42,586 nucleotides of DNA from an uncultured Gammaproteobacteria bacterium. GTDB taxonomy: Bacteria > Patescibacteriota > Microgenomatia > UBA12405 > JAHJSD01. The stretch lies in contig CAYSLZ010000002.1 in NCBI GenBank assembly GCA_964432015.1, positions 1-42,586 of the forward strand. Reading direction: 5' to 3'. This document shows, piece by piece, positions 32,184 through 39,543 of the stretch. The translations under genes were made by a program, and so were the position numbers. Numbering within the stretch: position 1 is the first letter of the stretch; every line of letters begins with the position of its first letter. The notes below the pieces were generated by a model, which saw nothing but the letters and a program-made list of their open reading frames with translations, did not search any database and was not told the origin of the DNA.

Positions 32184-33304
32184 CCTTTCATGAGCCTTAA
32201 TCCTTCTTTCGCTGTTCCTGACTGAAAATGGCTCCGAGCTGGTTTTAACTTTTCAATCAGCCAGTCGGATATTCCATTTTTTAAATCCAGCGGATGAAGA
32301 TTTCCGATTTTATAATCTTCTTTTAATTTATTTATATTTTTGTATTCTATGTTACCGCCGTGTTTTTCGGCTCTTTCAATTTTTAAGCCTTTGTCCACTT
32401 TTTCTTCGCCCCAGAAAACTAACATTTCTACCCAATTAATAATTGGATTAAATTTAATTTCTTTTGGCGGACAGTAAGCATCGTGGATTTTTTGTTTAAT
32501 TATTTTTGGTGAATCATGAATAAAAATTGCCGATTTAGGTTTAGATTTACTCATTTTTAGTTCTTCCGAAGAATCGTTCTTTGACTTTGGTCCCTCTAGG
32601 CCGGCAATTGTATTTTGATGAACGGCCACCGGTGAAATTATATTTCCCTGTTTATCTTTAAGGGGATTAATAGTTATTTTGGAGGCAACGTCACGGGCAT
32701 TGGCATGGGCCTTGCGTTGGTCAATTCCGGCATGGACCAAATTAGCTTGAAGAGTAAAAATATCGGCTACTTGCAGTGGTGGGTAAAAAAGAGTTGCCAT
32801 ATCGACGCTTTTTCCCTCTTTTTTGCCCATAATTGAAATTGACCTTAAATTTCGAGCAAGCGTGATATGTTTGCCGACTTCCATAAACGTTTCCCAGTGG
32901 ATTAGATTATCTTTGTACAAATTTTTTCCGATTACAAATTTTAAGCTGCCTTTTTTAACTTCTTTGTCAGTATTTACGTTAAAGCATTTCAGTGAGGCAA
33001 TTAGCCCTTGTTTAAAATAAGAGTTAGTTGCTTTTCTGATGTTTTCCCAGTTACCGCCAAGTTTGTTATTTAAGTAAGAATGAAAATCAGCCAATAAAAT
33101 AGTGCATTTAACGCCGGCTTCTAGAAAGTCGGCAATTTTGCCCATACTCATTAAGCCGGTTCCCAGATGAACCATACCGGAAATTTCGAAACCGATGTAG
33201 TGGTTTAACGGGGTTTTGGACTTAATTAACTTCTTTAAATCTTCTTCCGTCATTATTTCTTGGCAGTTTCTGGTGATTAAATCAATTTGCTTATTAATAT
33301 CCAT
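32168..33304 (-). CDS. tyrS: Tyrosine--tRNA ligase, archaeal/eukaryal type
   Basis: Collinear with M. jannaschii-type TyrRS as recalled: YIGFEISGMVHLGT, ILLADFHSYLN, FYPPLQVADI, KMSKSK, HDAYCPP, FNPI, LHPLDLKN. No bacterial S4-like C-terminal domain. Confidence 0.9.
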   Translation of the reverse strand: MDINKQIDLITRNCQEIMTEEDLKKLIKSKTPLNHYIGFEISGMVHLGTGLMSMGKIADFLEAGVKCTILLADFHSYLNNKLGGNWENIRKATNSYFKQGLIASLKCFNVNTDKEVKKGSLKFVIGKNLYKDNLIHWETFMEVGKHITLARNLRSISIMGKKEGKSVDMATLFYPPLQVADIFTLQANLVHAGIDQRKAHANARDVASKITINPLKDKQGNIISPVAVHQNTIAGLEGPKSKNDSSEELKMSKSKPKSAIFIHDSPKIIKQKIHDAYCPPKEIKFNPIINWVEMLVFWGEEKVDKGLKIERAEKHGGNIEYKNINKLKEDYKIGNLHPLDLKNGISDWLIEKLKPARSHFQSGTAKEGLRLMKGLVNS

Positions 33305-33343
33305 TATTTTTATTTTACCACTCCCCTACCCTATTTTAAAATG

Positions 33344-33374
33344 TCGAAAAACGCAGGGTAAACCCTGCTATTAC
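33344..33374 (-). terminator. Copy 4 of the post-stop hairpin family, with a covarying stem and a U-tract (intrinsic terminator)
   Basis: Minus sense reads GTAATAGCAGGGTTTACCCTGCGTTTTTCG. Flanks match copies 1-3, and the stem changes from GCAGACT/AGTCTGC to GCAGGGT/ACCCTGC. Confidence 0.65.
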
Positions 33375-33431
33375 AAAGGTTGGGGGTGGGGTTCGCTTTT
33401 GTACTAGTACGCTTTAGCGTGCGTATCAATC

Positions 33432-34385
33432 TTATTCGGCTTTATCTTCAATTAAGTCAGTGATAAGTTTGTTTAATCTAACGGCGGCGACGCCGACTGC
33501 CTGGTCGGCTCCACCGTAATACACGTAGAGTGTACCGTTTATGACAACTGCTCCGCAGGGATAGACCACATTATTGACCTCTCCTTCCAGTTCAAATTGC
33601 ATTCTTGGCTCAAGCAAGGGATATTTTGACCGGGCAATTACTTGAGTTGGGTTATCAAGGTCAAGGAGCATTGCCCCTACCCGATAATGCCGGTCTTTAT
33701 TGGCAATTCCGTGGTACAAAAGCAGCCAGCCGGCTTCTGTTTTTATTGGCGGGGCGGCAATACCGATTTTTCGGTCATCCCAACTGTTAGCTCCGGTTTT
33801 AAACCAAAGGCTACCTTTAATCCATTTTTTTTCTTTTTTAAACTCCAAGTCGTCAACAAAGTCTAACCAAATACCCGGATAAATGCGGTGAAAAATTCCG
33901 TATTTACCGTCCTTCATATTGGGAACAATACAAGAGTTTTTGTCATCAATTCCGGGAGGCGAGATTAATTTTGGTTTAGCCCATTTCCATCTGCGGTTTA
34001 AAAAATCATCAATTTTTATTGATGACATAGCGATTCTGGTTGGGCCGACCCCATCATAAGCTGTGTAGCAAATATAAAGTCGATCGCCAATTTGGGTTAT
34101 CCGCGGGTCTTCACAACCAGAATATGCACCTTGTTTTTTCTTTTTTTCTTCTTTAATTCTCGGAACATAAATTGGCCGTGGGTATCTCTCTGATATTGTA
34201 AATCCATCCTCACTAATCGCGTAGCCTAAAGTAGAAGTATTGTTTTTTGCTGTTGCCCGATAAAGAATATGAACTTTATTGTCCAAATATATGGCGGCTG
34301 GATTAAAGGTTAGTTTCGCCTCCCACTCGTGTTCTGGAATCGGTGTAATTATCGGGTTTCTGACGTACCTTTTTAGTCTAATCAT
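33432..34385 (-). CDS. GH130-family glycoside phosphorylase/hydrolase (DUF377-type beta-propeller)
   Basis: NPIITP..HEWEAKLTFNPAAI, VHILYRA, SGCEDPRIT, LYICYTAYDG, IGIAAPPIKT..GWLLLYHG, YYGGAD. Confidence 0.8.
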   Translation of the reverse strand: MIRLKRYVRNPIITPIPEHEWEAKLTFNPAAIYLDNKVHILYRATAKNNTSTLGYAISEDGFTISERYPRPIYVPRIKEEKKKKQGAYSGCEDPRITQIGDRLYICYTAYDGVGPTRIAMSSIKIDDFLNRRWKWAKPKLISPPGIDDKNSCIVPNMKDGKYGIFHRIYPGIWLDFVDDLEFKKEKKWIKGSLWFKTGANSWDDRKIGIAAPPIKTEAGWLLLYHGIANKDRHYRVGAMLLDLDNPTQVIARSKYPLLEPRMQFELEGEVNNVVYPCGAVVINGTLYVYYGGADQAVGVAAVRLNKLITDLIEDKAE

Positions 34386-35346
34386 TGGTTAGTTCGTTAA
34401 GTAAATCTTTTAATGAACAAGTTGCCAAACAGCAATAGGTATCGGTTCCTCCGTAGTAAATATGGAGTCTGTCATTTTCAACTAATTCCCCGCTTGGAAA
34501 AACAACTTCAGGAATAATACCTTCTCTTTCGTATTTTTTTTCAGGGATTAATAAGGGAAAATTAGAGCGGCCGATTACTTGTTTTGGCTTTTTGGGGTCT
34601 AAAAGAGCCGCCTCAATATTAAATATTCTTTTTTGTTCATTAAAATAATTATTGATGTAGGAATAAATTAACAGCCATCCTTTATTAGTTTTGATTGGTG
34701 GGGCTCCAACCTCCACGTGGTCCTGAGGTCTTCTGATTAAACGCAAGGTATGGGTTTCTAGTTCATCCAGCCAATTATCCCAATAATCTTTGTTCCAAAT
34801 ATCACTGATTTGTTTAAATTCCGCCGTTGCAACATTTACCGGGGGTTGATCAGTTTGGGCGCTTAAGATAGCAAATATTTTGCCGTTTATTTTTTCCGGG
34901 AATAAAGCCATTGCTTTAGCATTAAAAGGAGTAACTAACCGTTTATCAGTGATTTTTTTTAGGTCAGGTGATATTGCTAAACCAACTTTAATAGTGTAGC
35001 GATTAGGGGGATGATCTGATATGGCGGTGTAAAAAATGTAGTAGTTGTTATTAAAATAAGTTACTCTTGGATCTTCACAACCGAACTTTTCCCATTCTTG
35101 TTCCGGTTTAATAAATTGACGCCGGTGGTTGAGTTTAGTTCCACATTGACCAGAAGCGATTCCAATAGTCGATAATTCAACTGTTTTGCCCTGATATTCT
35201 TGAGGATGAGATAAACCACGGTAGACAAGATAAATATTTTGTCCCTTTTTCACAGCACACCCGTTGTAAGCTCCTTTTGCTTCCCAATCGTGGTCGGGGT
35301 TAGGTGATAAAATCGGGTTATTTGGATGTCGGTTTACGTCAATCAT
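34378..35346 (-). CDS. GH130-family paralog 2
   Basis: NPILSP..HDWEAKGAYNG, IYLVYRG, FGCEDPRVT, YYIFYTA, VGAPPIKTNKGWLLIYS, IYYGGTD. Overlaps paralog 1 by 8 nt. Confidence 0.8.
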   Translation of the reverse strand: MIDVNRHPNNPILSPNPDHDWEAKGAYNGCAVKKGQNIYLVYRGLSHPQEYQGKTVELSTIGIASGQCGTKLNHRRQFIKPEQEWEKFGCEDPRVTYFNNNYYIFYTAISDHPPNRYTIKVGLAISPDLKKITDKRLVTPFNAKAMALFPEKINGKIFAILSAQTDQPPVNVATAEFKQISDIWNKDYWDNWLDELETHTLRLIRRPQDHVEVGAPPIKTNKGWLLIYSYINNYFNEQKRIFNIEAALLDPKKPKQVIGRSNFPLLIPEKKYEREGIIPEVVFPSGELVENDRLHIYYGGTDTYCCLATCSLKDLLNELTND

Positions 35347-35350
35347 TGTT

Positions 35351-37204
35351 TTAGTTTATCGTATTCCATTGGTTAAGGCAACGGCTGTTTTGTTTTTTAA
35401 GTGAACTGACCAGGCTTTCTATTTTTGTGTAAGCAACACAACTGACTGTATCTGCTCCTCCGTAATAAACAAGCAGTTTTTTATCTTTAACTGCTGCACC
35501 GCAAGCATAAACCACGCCGCTTTTAAAGCCTACGTTTTCATAGTCCATATCCGGCTCAAGGAGTGGATAATTAGTTCGATATTTTATTTTAGTTGGGTCA
35601 TTACTCTCTAAAATCATTGCCCCTACTTTATATCTTCCCGGGTCGTGGTTATCCATGGCGTGATAAAAAATCAGCCAGCCGTCATTTGTTTTTATTGGTG
35701 TCGGGCCGACTCCCCTCATCCAGTTGTCCCAGTGATTTTTTCTTCCAGAAGGAGAATAATAACTTTTGATTGGCCCGTTTTTGTCAAAGTTTAAATCATC
35801 AAAATAATCAACCAAAATTTTGGGCGATAAACTGTGTAAAACAGCATATTTACCGTTAATTTTGTCTGGAAATAATGCCCAATTTTTATGGATTTCTCCC
35901 TTTGGTGAGAGTCTGGTTGGTTCCGACCAGTTCCAATTTTGATTTTTAAAATCATTTACTTTTATTGAAGTAAGTGCGACCCCGGGTGGTTCGACGCCGT
36001 TCCAGGCAGTATAAGTCATGTAAATAGTATCTTTTATTTTAGTTAATTTTGGGTCCTCACAGCCGCCGCATCCCCATCCAGAGGTATAATGATAGGTTGC
36101 TTTTGGAGCTTGGCGGTTTATTTCAAATTTTTCTCTGGGAATGTAAGCGGGCTTATTTGAACGGTAGTCTATTTCAAATCCGCTTTTTGTGTTAGCGTAG
36201 CCAAAAACGGAAATATCATTTTCACCTACCGCCCGGTATATCAAGTGAATTTTATCGTCGATGTTAACAGCAGCAGGATTAAAGACTAATTTTGACTCCC
36301 ATTTATTTTCTGGTTTTGGCTCTAAAATCGGGTTTTTCTTATGCCTTTTAAGTTTTTCAAGGTAAGGAAAAGGAGATGGCCCGGTTGAATCTCTGATTTC
36401 AAAAAACGGTTGAGTTAAAGCATAGATATTTTCACTGCCGATTTGCCAATAAGAAATTAATTTATTTTTTAATTTAACCGCCCCAAGAGGGTTAATTTTT
36501 GTTTCAGTTGTGGTTGGTATAGAGGCACTGATTGGTATTTGCTTCGACCAAATAATTTGTTGAGGATTATCCTTATCAACCAGCAGTAACTGCCAGGAGT
36601 AATCTTCCCAGATATCCGGATCTTGATAACGGTAAAGAAGGATTAATATTCCTTGCTGATGATTGAAAATTTGACAAATTTTAAGATTGGTTTGGCCTAA
36701 AATCTTTTCTTTAGGTTGAAAAATTGTTTTTCTTTTTTGAGGTTGACGGGTAAGTTTTTTAAAATATCCTAAATCAATTTTTTTTCTGCCGAATATTAAT
36801 CTTTTTTCTTTTTTGGGGAAGGGAATAAGCATTCCTGCCTCATGAATAGAGTCAACTTTTTCATCTTCTGACCATTTTATTAAATCCGGTGATTGACGAT
36901 ATTTTAAATAGTATCGGTCTTTATCTTTCTCCAGAAAAGTCAGTAGATATTTATTTTTGATTCTACTAACTCGGAAATCTTTTATTTTTGGCTTTTTATT
37001 AAACCATGGCCAACGTGGTGGAAAGGAAAGTTTATCATTTATTGGTCGAAAATTTAATCCATTTTTATCAGAAAGTGCAATATTAAACGGATAATTTTTT
37101 TTTGTTGAATAAAAAAGAACAGCTTTATTTTCAAGTTTTGCCACACCTAAACCAGATAGGAAAAAACGACTGCGGCTAGTATCTTTGTTTTGAGCTGGTG
37201 TCAT
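35351..37204 (-). CDS. GH130-family paralog 3 with a ~330-aa N-terminal extension
   Basis: The C-terminal half has NPILEP..NKWESKLVFNPAAV, IHLIYRA, GGCEDPKLT, IYMTYTAWNG, VGPTPIKTNDGWLIFYHA, VYYGGAD. ATG 37204 is chosen because the track ORF's first 38 codons overlap tRNA-Tyr. Confidence 0.75.
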   Translation of the reverse strand: MTPAQNKDTSRSRFFLSGLGVAKLENKAVLFYSTKKNYPFNIALSDKNGLNFRPINDKLSFPPRWPWFNKKPKIKDFRVSRIKNKYLLTFLEKDKDRYYLKYRQSPDLIKWSEDEKVDSIHEAGMLIPFPKKEKRLIFGRKKIDLGYFKKLTRQPQKRKTIFQPKEKILGQTNLKICQIFNHQQGILILLYRYQDPDIWEDYSWQLLLVDKDNPQQIIWSKQIPISASIPTTTETKINPLGAVKLKNKLISYWQIGSENIYALTQPFFEIRDSTGPSPFPYLEKLKRHKKNPILEPKPENKWESKLVFNPAAVNIDDKIHLIYRAVGENDISVFGYANTKSGFEIDYRSNKPAYIPREKFEINRQAPKATYHYTSGWGCGGCEDPKLTKIKDTIYMTYTAWNGVEPPGVALTSIKVNDFKNQNWNWSEPTRLSPKGEIHKNWALFPDKINGKYAVLHSLSPKILVDYFDDLNFDKNGPIKSYYSPSGRKNHWDNWMRGVGPTPIKTNDGWLIFYHAMDNHDPGRYKVGAMILESNDPTKIKYRTNYPLLEPDMDYENVGFKSGVVYACGAAVKDKKLLVYYGGADTVSCVAYTKIESLVSSLKKQNSRCLNQWNTIN

Positions 37205-37257
37205 TAGATACAGATTAGCATATTTTGAATTTGATTTGCAAGGAAGAGTTTTTTTTG

Positions 37258-37340
37258 TCCAGGGGGTAGGATTCGAACCTACGCAGGGAAAACCCGACGG
37301 TTTTACAGACCGTTCCATTTGACCACTCTGGCACCCCTGG
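37258..37340 (-). tRNA. tRNA-Tyr (anticodon GTA), long variable arm, C1-G72, no encoded CCA
   Basis: The reverse complement is CCAGGGG-TG-CCA-GAGTGGTCAAA-TGG-A-ACGGT-CTGTAAA-ACCGT-CGGGTTTTCCCTGC-GTAGG-TTCGAAT-CCTAC-CCCCTGG-A. All stems pair. Confidence 0.9.
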
Positions 37341-37369
37341 TGTTAGACCAAGTTTGACTTGGTATGTCT

Positions 37370-37398
37370 ATTTTATAATGAAGCTGGCCTTGTTGCAA
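37370..37398 (-). promoter_or_regulatory. Putative promoter for tRNA-Tyr and the GH130 operon
   Basis: Minus sense reads TTGCAA (37398-37393), a 17-nt spacer, TAAAAT (37375-37370), then hairpin ACCAAGT-CAA-ACTTGGT (37363-37347) before the tRNA. Confidence 0.4.
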
Positions 37399-37435
37399 AT
37401 AGCTGACACCGTTGAAAAATATCCTAACATCATTT

Positions 37436-37972
37436 TTAGAGCTTTTTTAGAAACATAGCTGTTTGTGTATTCGGCTTTTTTTTAATTTTTGCACTAGCGA
37501 CTTTTTTAAAACCATAGTTTTTGAGGAAGTTTAAAGAAGCTTTATTGGCTATTGGTTTTGATGTTGCTGAAGCAAATAAATTTTCATAACCTTGTTTTTG
37601 AAGTTGGTCAACTATTTTTTCAAATAATTGGGAACCAATTCCTTGGTGTAGGTGGTTAGGGTCAATGACTCCTAAATAAGCAGTAGCTGACTTTTTTTTA
37701 TCAAAATAAAGCTTTTTAAATTTTTCTTTTTTCCACTTAATCTTTTTCTTTGTTGGTTTTTTCTGCGGATAAGCATTCATAAAACCAATAATTTTATTGT
37801 TTTTAACATAAACAAACGCTACCAAAGAATTATTAATAATCCTTTTTACTTTTTTAGGACTTCTTTTGTAGCGTAAAAAGCCTTGCTTTTTATCTTTTTT
37901 TTGGTTGAGATGATTTTTTTTTATTAAACGGCTGATTTTTTGAGCATCGCTTTTTCTTGCTTTTCGAATCAT
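37436..37972 (-). CDS. GNAT-family N-acetyltransferase
   Basis: HLHQGIGSQLFEKIVDQLQKQGYENLF (acetyl-CoA motif A) and NKASLNFLKNYGFKK. Confidence 0.7.
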   Translation of the reverse strand: MIRKARKSDAQKISRLIKKNHLNQKKDKKQGFLRYKRSPKKVKRIINNSLVAFVYVKNNKIIGFMNAYPQKKPTKKKIKWKKEKFKKLYFDKKKSATAYLGVIDPNHLHQGIGSQLFEKIVDQLQKQGYENLFASATSKPIANKASLNFLKNYGFKKVASAKIKKKPNTQTAMFLKKL

Positions 37973-37993
37973 AGTTAAAACACACCTTAATTT

Positions 37994-38725
37994 TTACTTT
38001 GGATGTCCAATTGGGATAACGTAAATTGGTTGATGATTATCAGGTAATTGAAAAGTATCAATTAAGTTTTGGTCATTAAAAGCTCCGATAACAACCATTC
38101 CTAATTTTAATGATTCAGACTGTAGATAAGCATTTTGAGCTGCATGACCAGCTTCCATATAAACATATCTTTCTCCCCGATTGCCGTATTTATCTTGTGT
38201 TCTTTTAAAAACGCCGGTGATTATTATTGATATTGGCGCCTGATTAATTGAATCTTGGCCGAGACAAATTTGGCTTAATTTTGATTTTACGTTTTGGTTA
38301 ACTATTAAGTCTAAGGAATGTGATTTCGGCCGGTAATGATAAACGCCACTATTAAGGTTATTTACTCCGTTTTCTCCAACAACTAAATAAATTTCTAACG
38401 GATAAAGTGCCCCAGCCGAAGGTGCTGACCGAAAACCGCTGGTTTGGTTGGTAATTCCTTGAACTGCCCAAACTAATTGTGAAATTTGGTCTAATTCTAG
38501 GGATTGGTTTTTAAACTGGCGCTGAGACCGGCGTTGACTAATTGCTTCTTCAAGCGATAAATCACCTTTTTGATTTGGTTGTGGAAGTTGGGTTTGATTT
38601 TGGTTTTCTATTTTATCCATTGGCTGGTGATTAATTTTAGTATTTTTCGGCCGGGTTGACAAAAAAGCATAAATTATTATCCCTGTTATTAAGCTCAATC
38701 CAATAATTTTAGGCTTCGGTTTCAT
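37994..38725 (-). CDS. Membrane-anchored SagB-type dehydrogenase / nitroreductase-fold protein
   Basis: ATG 38725 (MKPKPKIIGLSLITGIIIYAFL) is preferred. RRSQRQF, SAPSAGALYPLEIYLVV, YVYMEAGHAAQNAYLQSESLKLG. Confidence 0.65.
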   Translation of the reverse strand: MKPKPKIIGLSLITGIIIYAFLSTRPKNTKINHQPMDKIENQNQTQLPQPNQKGDLSLEEAISQRRSQRQFKNQSLELDQISQLVWAVQGITNQTSGFRSAPSAGALYPLEIYLVVGENGVNNLNSGVYHYRPKSHSLDLIVNQNVKSKLSQICLGQDSINQAPISIIITGVFKRTQDKYGNRGERYVYMEAGHAAQNAYLQSESLKLGMVVIGAFNDQNLIDTFQLPDNHQPIYVIPIGHPK

Positions 38726-38999
38726 CACGGAGTTGTTTAAGTTTCCACATAAATAATCGGGCGCGGCTTTTGATTTCTCCTTTTGGTTGGTCCTTGACAA
38801 AGTTAAGCGCTTTTTCCAATAGACGGCGGGGTGTTTCCTTGGCCAGTTTGATATAAAGTGATTTATTTTTCCAATCGTTTAATTCTTCAGCCAATTCCAG
38901 GCCGTAAGCCTGAAATTCTTTTTTGACATATTTTTTACGCTGATCAAGCTTATCTAAAACTTGCTGAAAAGCGTTTGATTCACCAATTTTCTTAACCAT
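38709..38999 (-). CDS. Hypothetical basic helical protein (97 aa)
   Basis: The only in-frame ATG outside tRNA-Ala is 38999, 3 nt downstream of the tRNA discriminator base. No recognisable domain. Confidence 0.4.
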   Translation of the reverse strand: MVKKIGESNAFQQVLDKLDQRKKYVKKEFQAYGLELAEELNDWKNKSLYIKLAKETPRRLLEKALNFVKDQPKGEIKSRARLFMWKLKQLRDETEA

Positions 39000-39002
39000 A
39001 AG

Positions 39003-39073
39003 TGGACTTGCCGGGAATTGAACCCGGAATACACCCATGCGAAGGGTGTGGTATACCGTTTACCTACAAGCCC
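39003..39073 (-). tRNA. tRNA-Ala (anticodon CGC) with G3-U70, no encoded CCA
   Basis: The reverse complement is GGGCTTG-TA-GGTA-AACGGTA-TACC-A-CACCC-TTCGCAT-GGGTG-TATT-CCGGG-TTCAATT-CCCGG-CAAGTCC-A. Confidence 0.85.
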
Positions 39074-39095
39074 GGTAATTAATTTTATCATAATT

Positions 39096-39119
39096 ACGCA
39101 GACTTAAGTCTGCTGTTAC
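39096..39119 (-). repeat. Copy 3 of the 24-nt post-stop hairpin element (minus sense GTAACAGCAGACTTAAGTCTGCGT)
   Basis: It starts 13 nt after the stop of CDS 39133-39510 and lies 22 nt upstream of tRNA-Ala. Confidence 0.85.
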
Positions 39120-39132
39120 AGGGGGTTGGAAA

Positions 39133-39510
39133 CTAGAGGTCTTTGTAAAACTCGGTAATGGAAATAAAGTTTTTGGGTTCGATAATTGTATAAACCGCAT
39201 CTGCAATTTTCTCCAATTTTCTAACTTCTTCGTGTTTGTAAATTGGCAAACCAATAAGAATTTTTTTTGGGTTTTTCCTGCGATAAAGTTTTACAGCATG
39301 AACCAGTTTTTTAGGGGAAATATTTCCGTCGTCGACAATTAAGATAGATGCTCGGCGTTTGTGGTTAGTGGCTTGTGATAATAATTTTTTTAAATATTTG
39401 GCGATTTTTCTACCTCCAGGAGTTAAGGCGATGATATTTAGGTTTTTAATATCATCTTTTTTTATTTTTTCAGTCAGCTGTTTGGCAGCGTCAAGTCTGT
39501 TTTTGAACAT
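39133..39510 (-). CDS. Short phosphoribosyltransferase-like protein
   Basis: FKNRLDAAKQL...IIALTPGGRKIA...ILIVDDGNIS follows the type-I PRTase layout, but the PRPP loop is degenerate and the protein is only 125 aa. Confidence 0.45.
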   Translation of the reverse strand: MFKNRLDAAKQLTEKIKKDDIKNLNIIALTPGGRKIAKYLKKLLSQATNHKRRASILIVDDGNISPKKLVHAVKLYRRKNPKKILIGLPIYKHEEVRKLEKIADAVYTIIEPKNFISITEFYKDL

Positions 39511-39515
39511 AGGTT

Positions 39516-39543
39516 AGTAATCAGTAATCAGTAATCAGTAATT
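39516..39543. repeat. Heptamer tandem array (AGTAATC)x3 + AGTAATT
   Basis: Minus sense reads TTACTGA x3. It occupies most of the 31-nt gap between the EndoQ-like stop (39542) and the ATG at 39510. Confidence 0.9.

Noticed and set aside
33305-33431. T-box riboswitch upstream of tyrS
   Set aside because: The region is only 127 nt, and no T-box consensus (AGAGA / GGUGGNACCGCG-like) or specifier-loop architecture was seen.
26572-33882. Plus-strand ORFs 26572-26835, 27406-27642, 29333-29659, 30395-30748, 31764-31988, 32823-33020, 33216-33407 and 33605-33882
   Set aside because: They are antisense shadows of gyrA, gyrB, ferredoxin, tyrS and GH130 genes. Their Ser/Phe/Leu-rich translations have no motifs.
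37205-37318. First 38 codons of track ORF 35351-37318
   Set aside because: These codons overlap tRNA-Tyr (37258-37340). The internal ATG 37204 was chosen as the start instead.
39000-39254. First 13 codons of ORF 38709-39038, and ORF 39060-39254(-)
   Set aside because: Both overlap tRNA-Ala (39003-39073) and hairpin copy 3, so they are not independent coding sequence.
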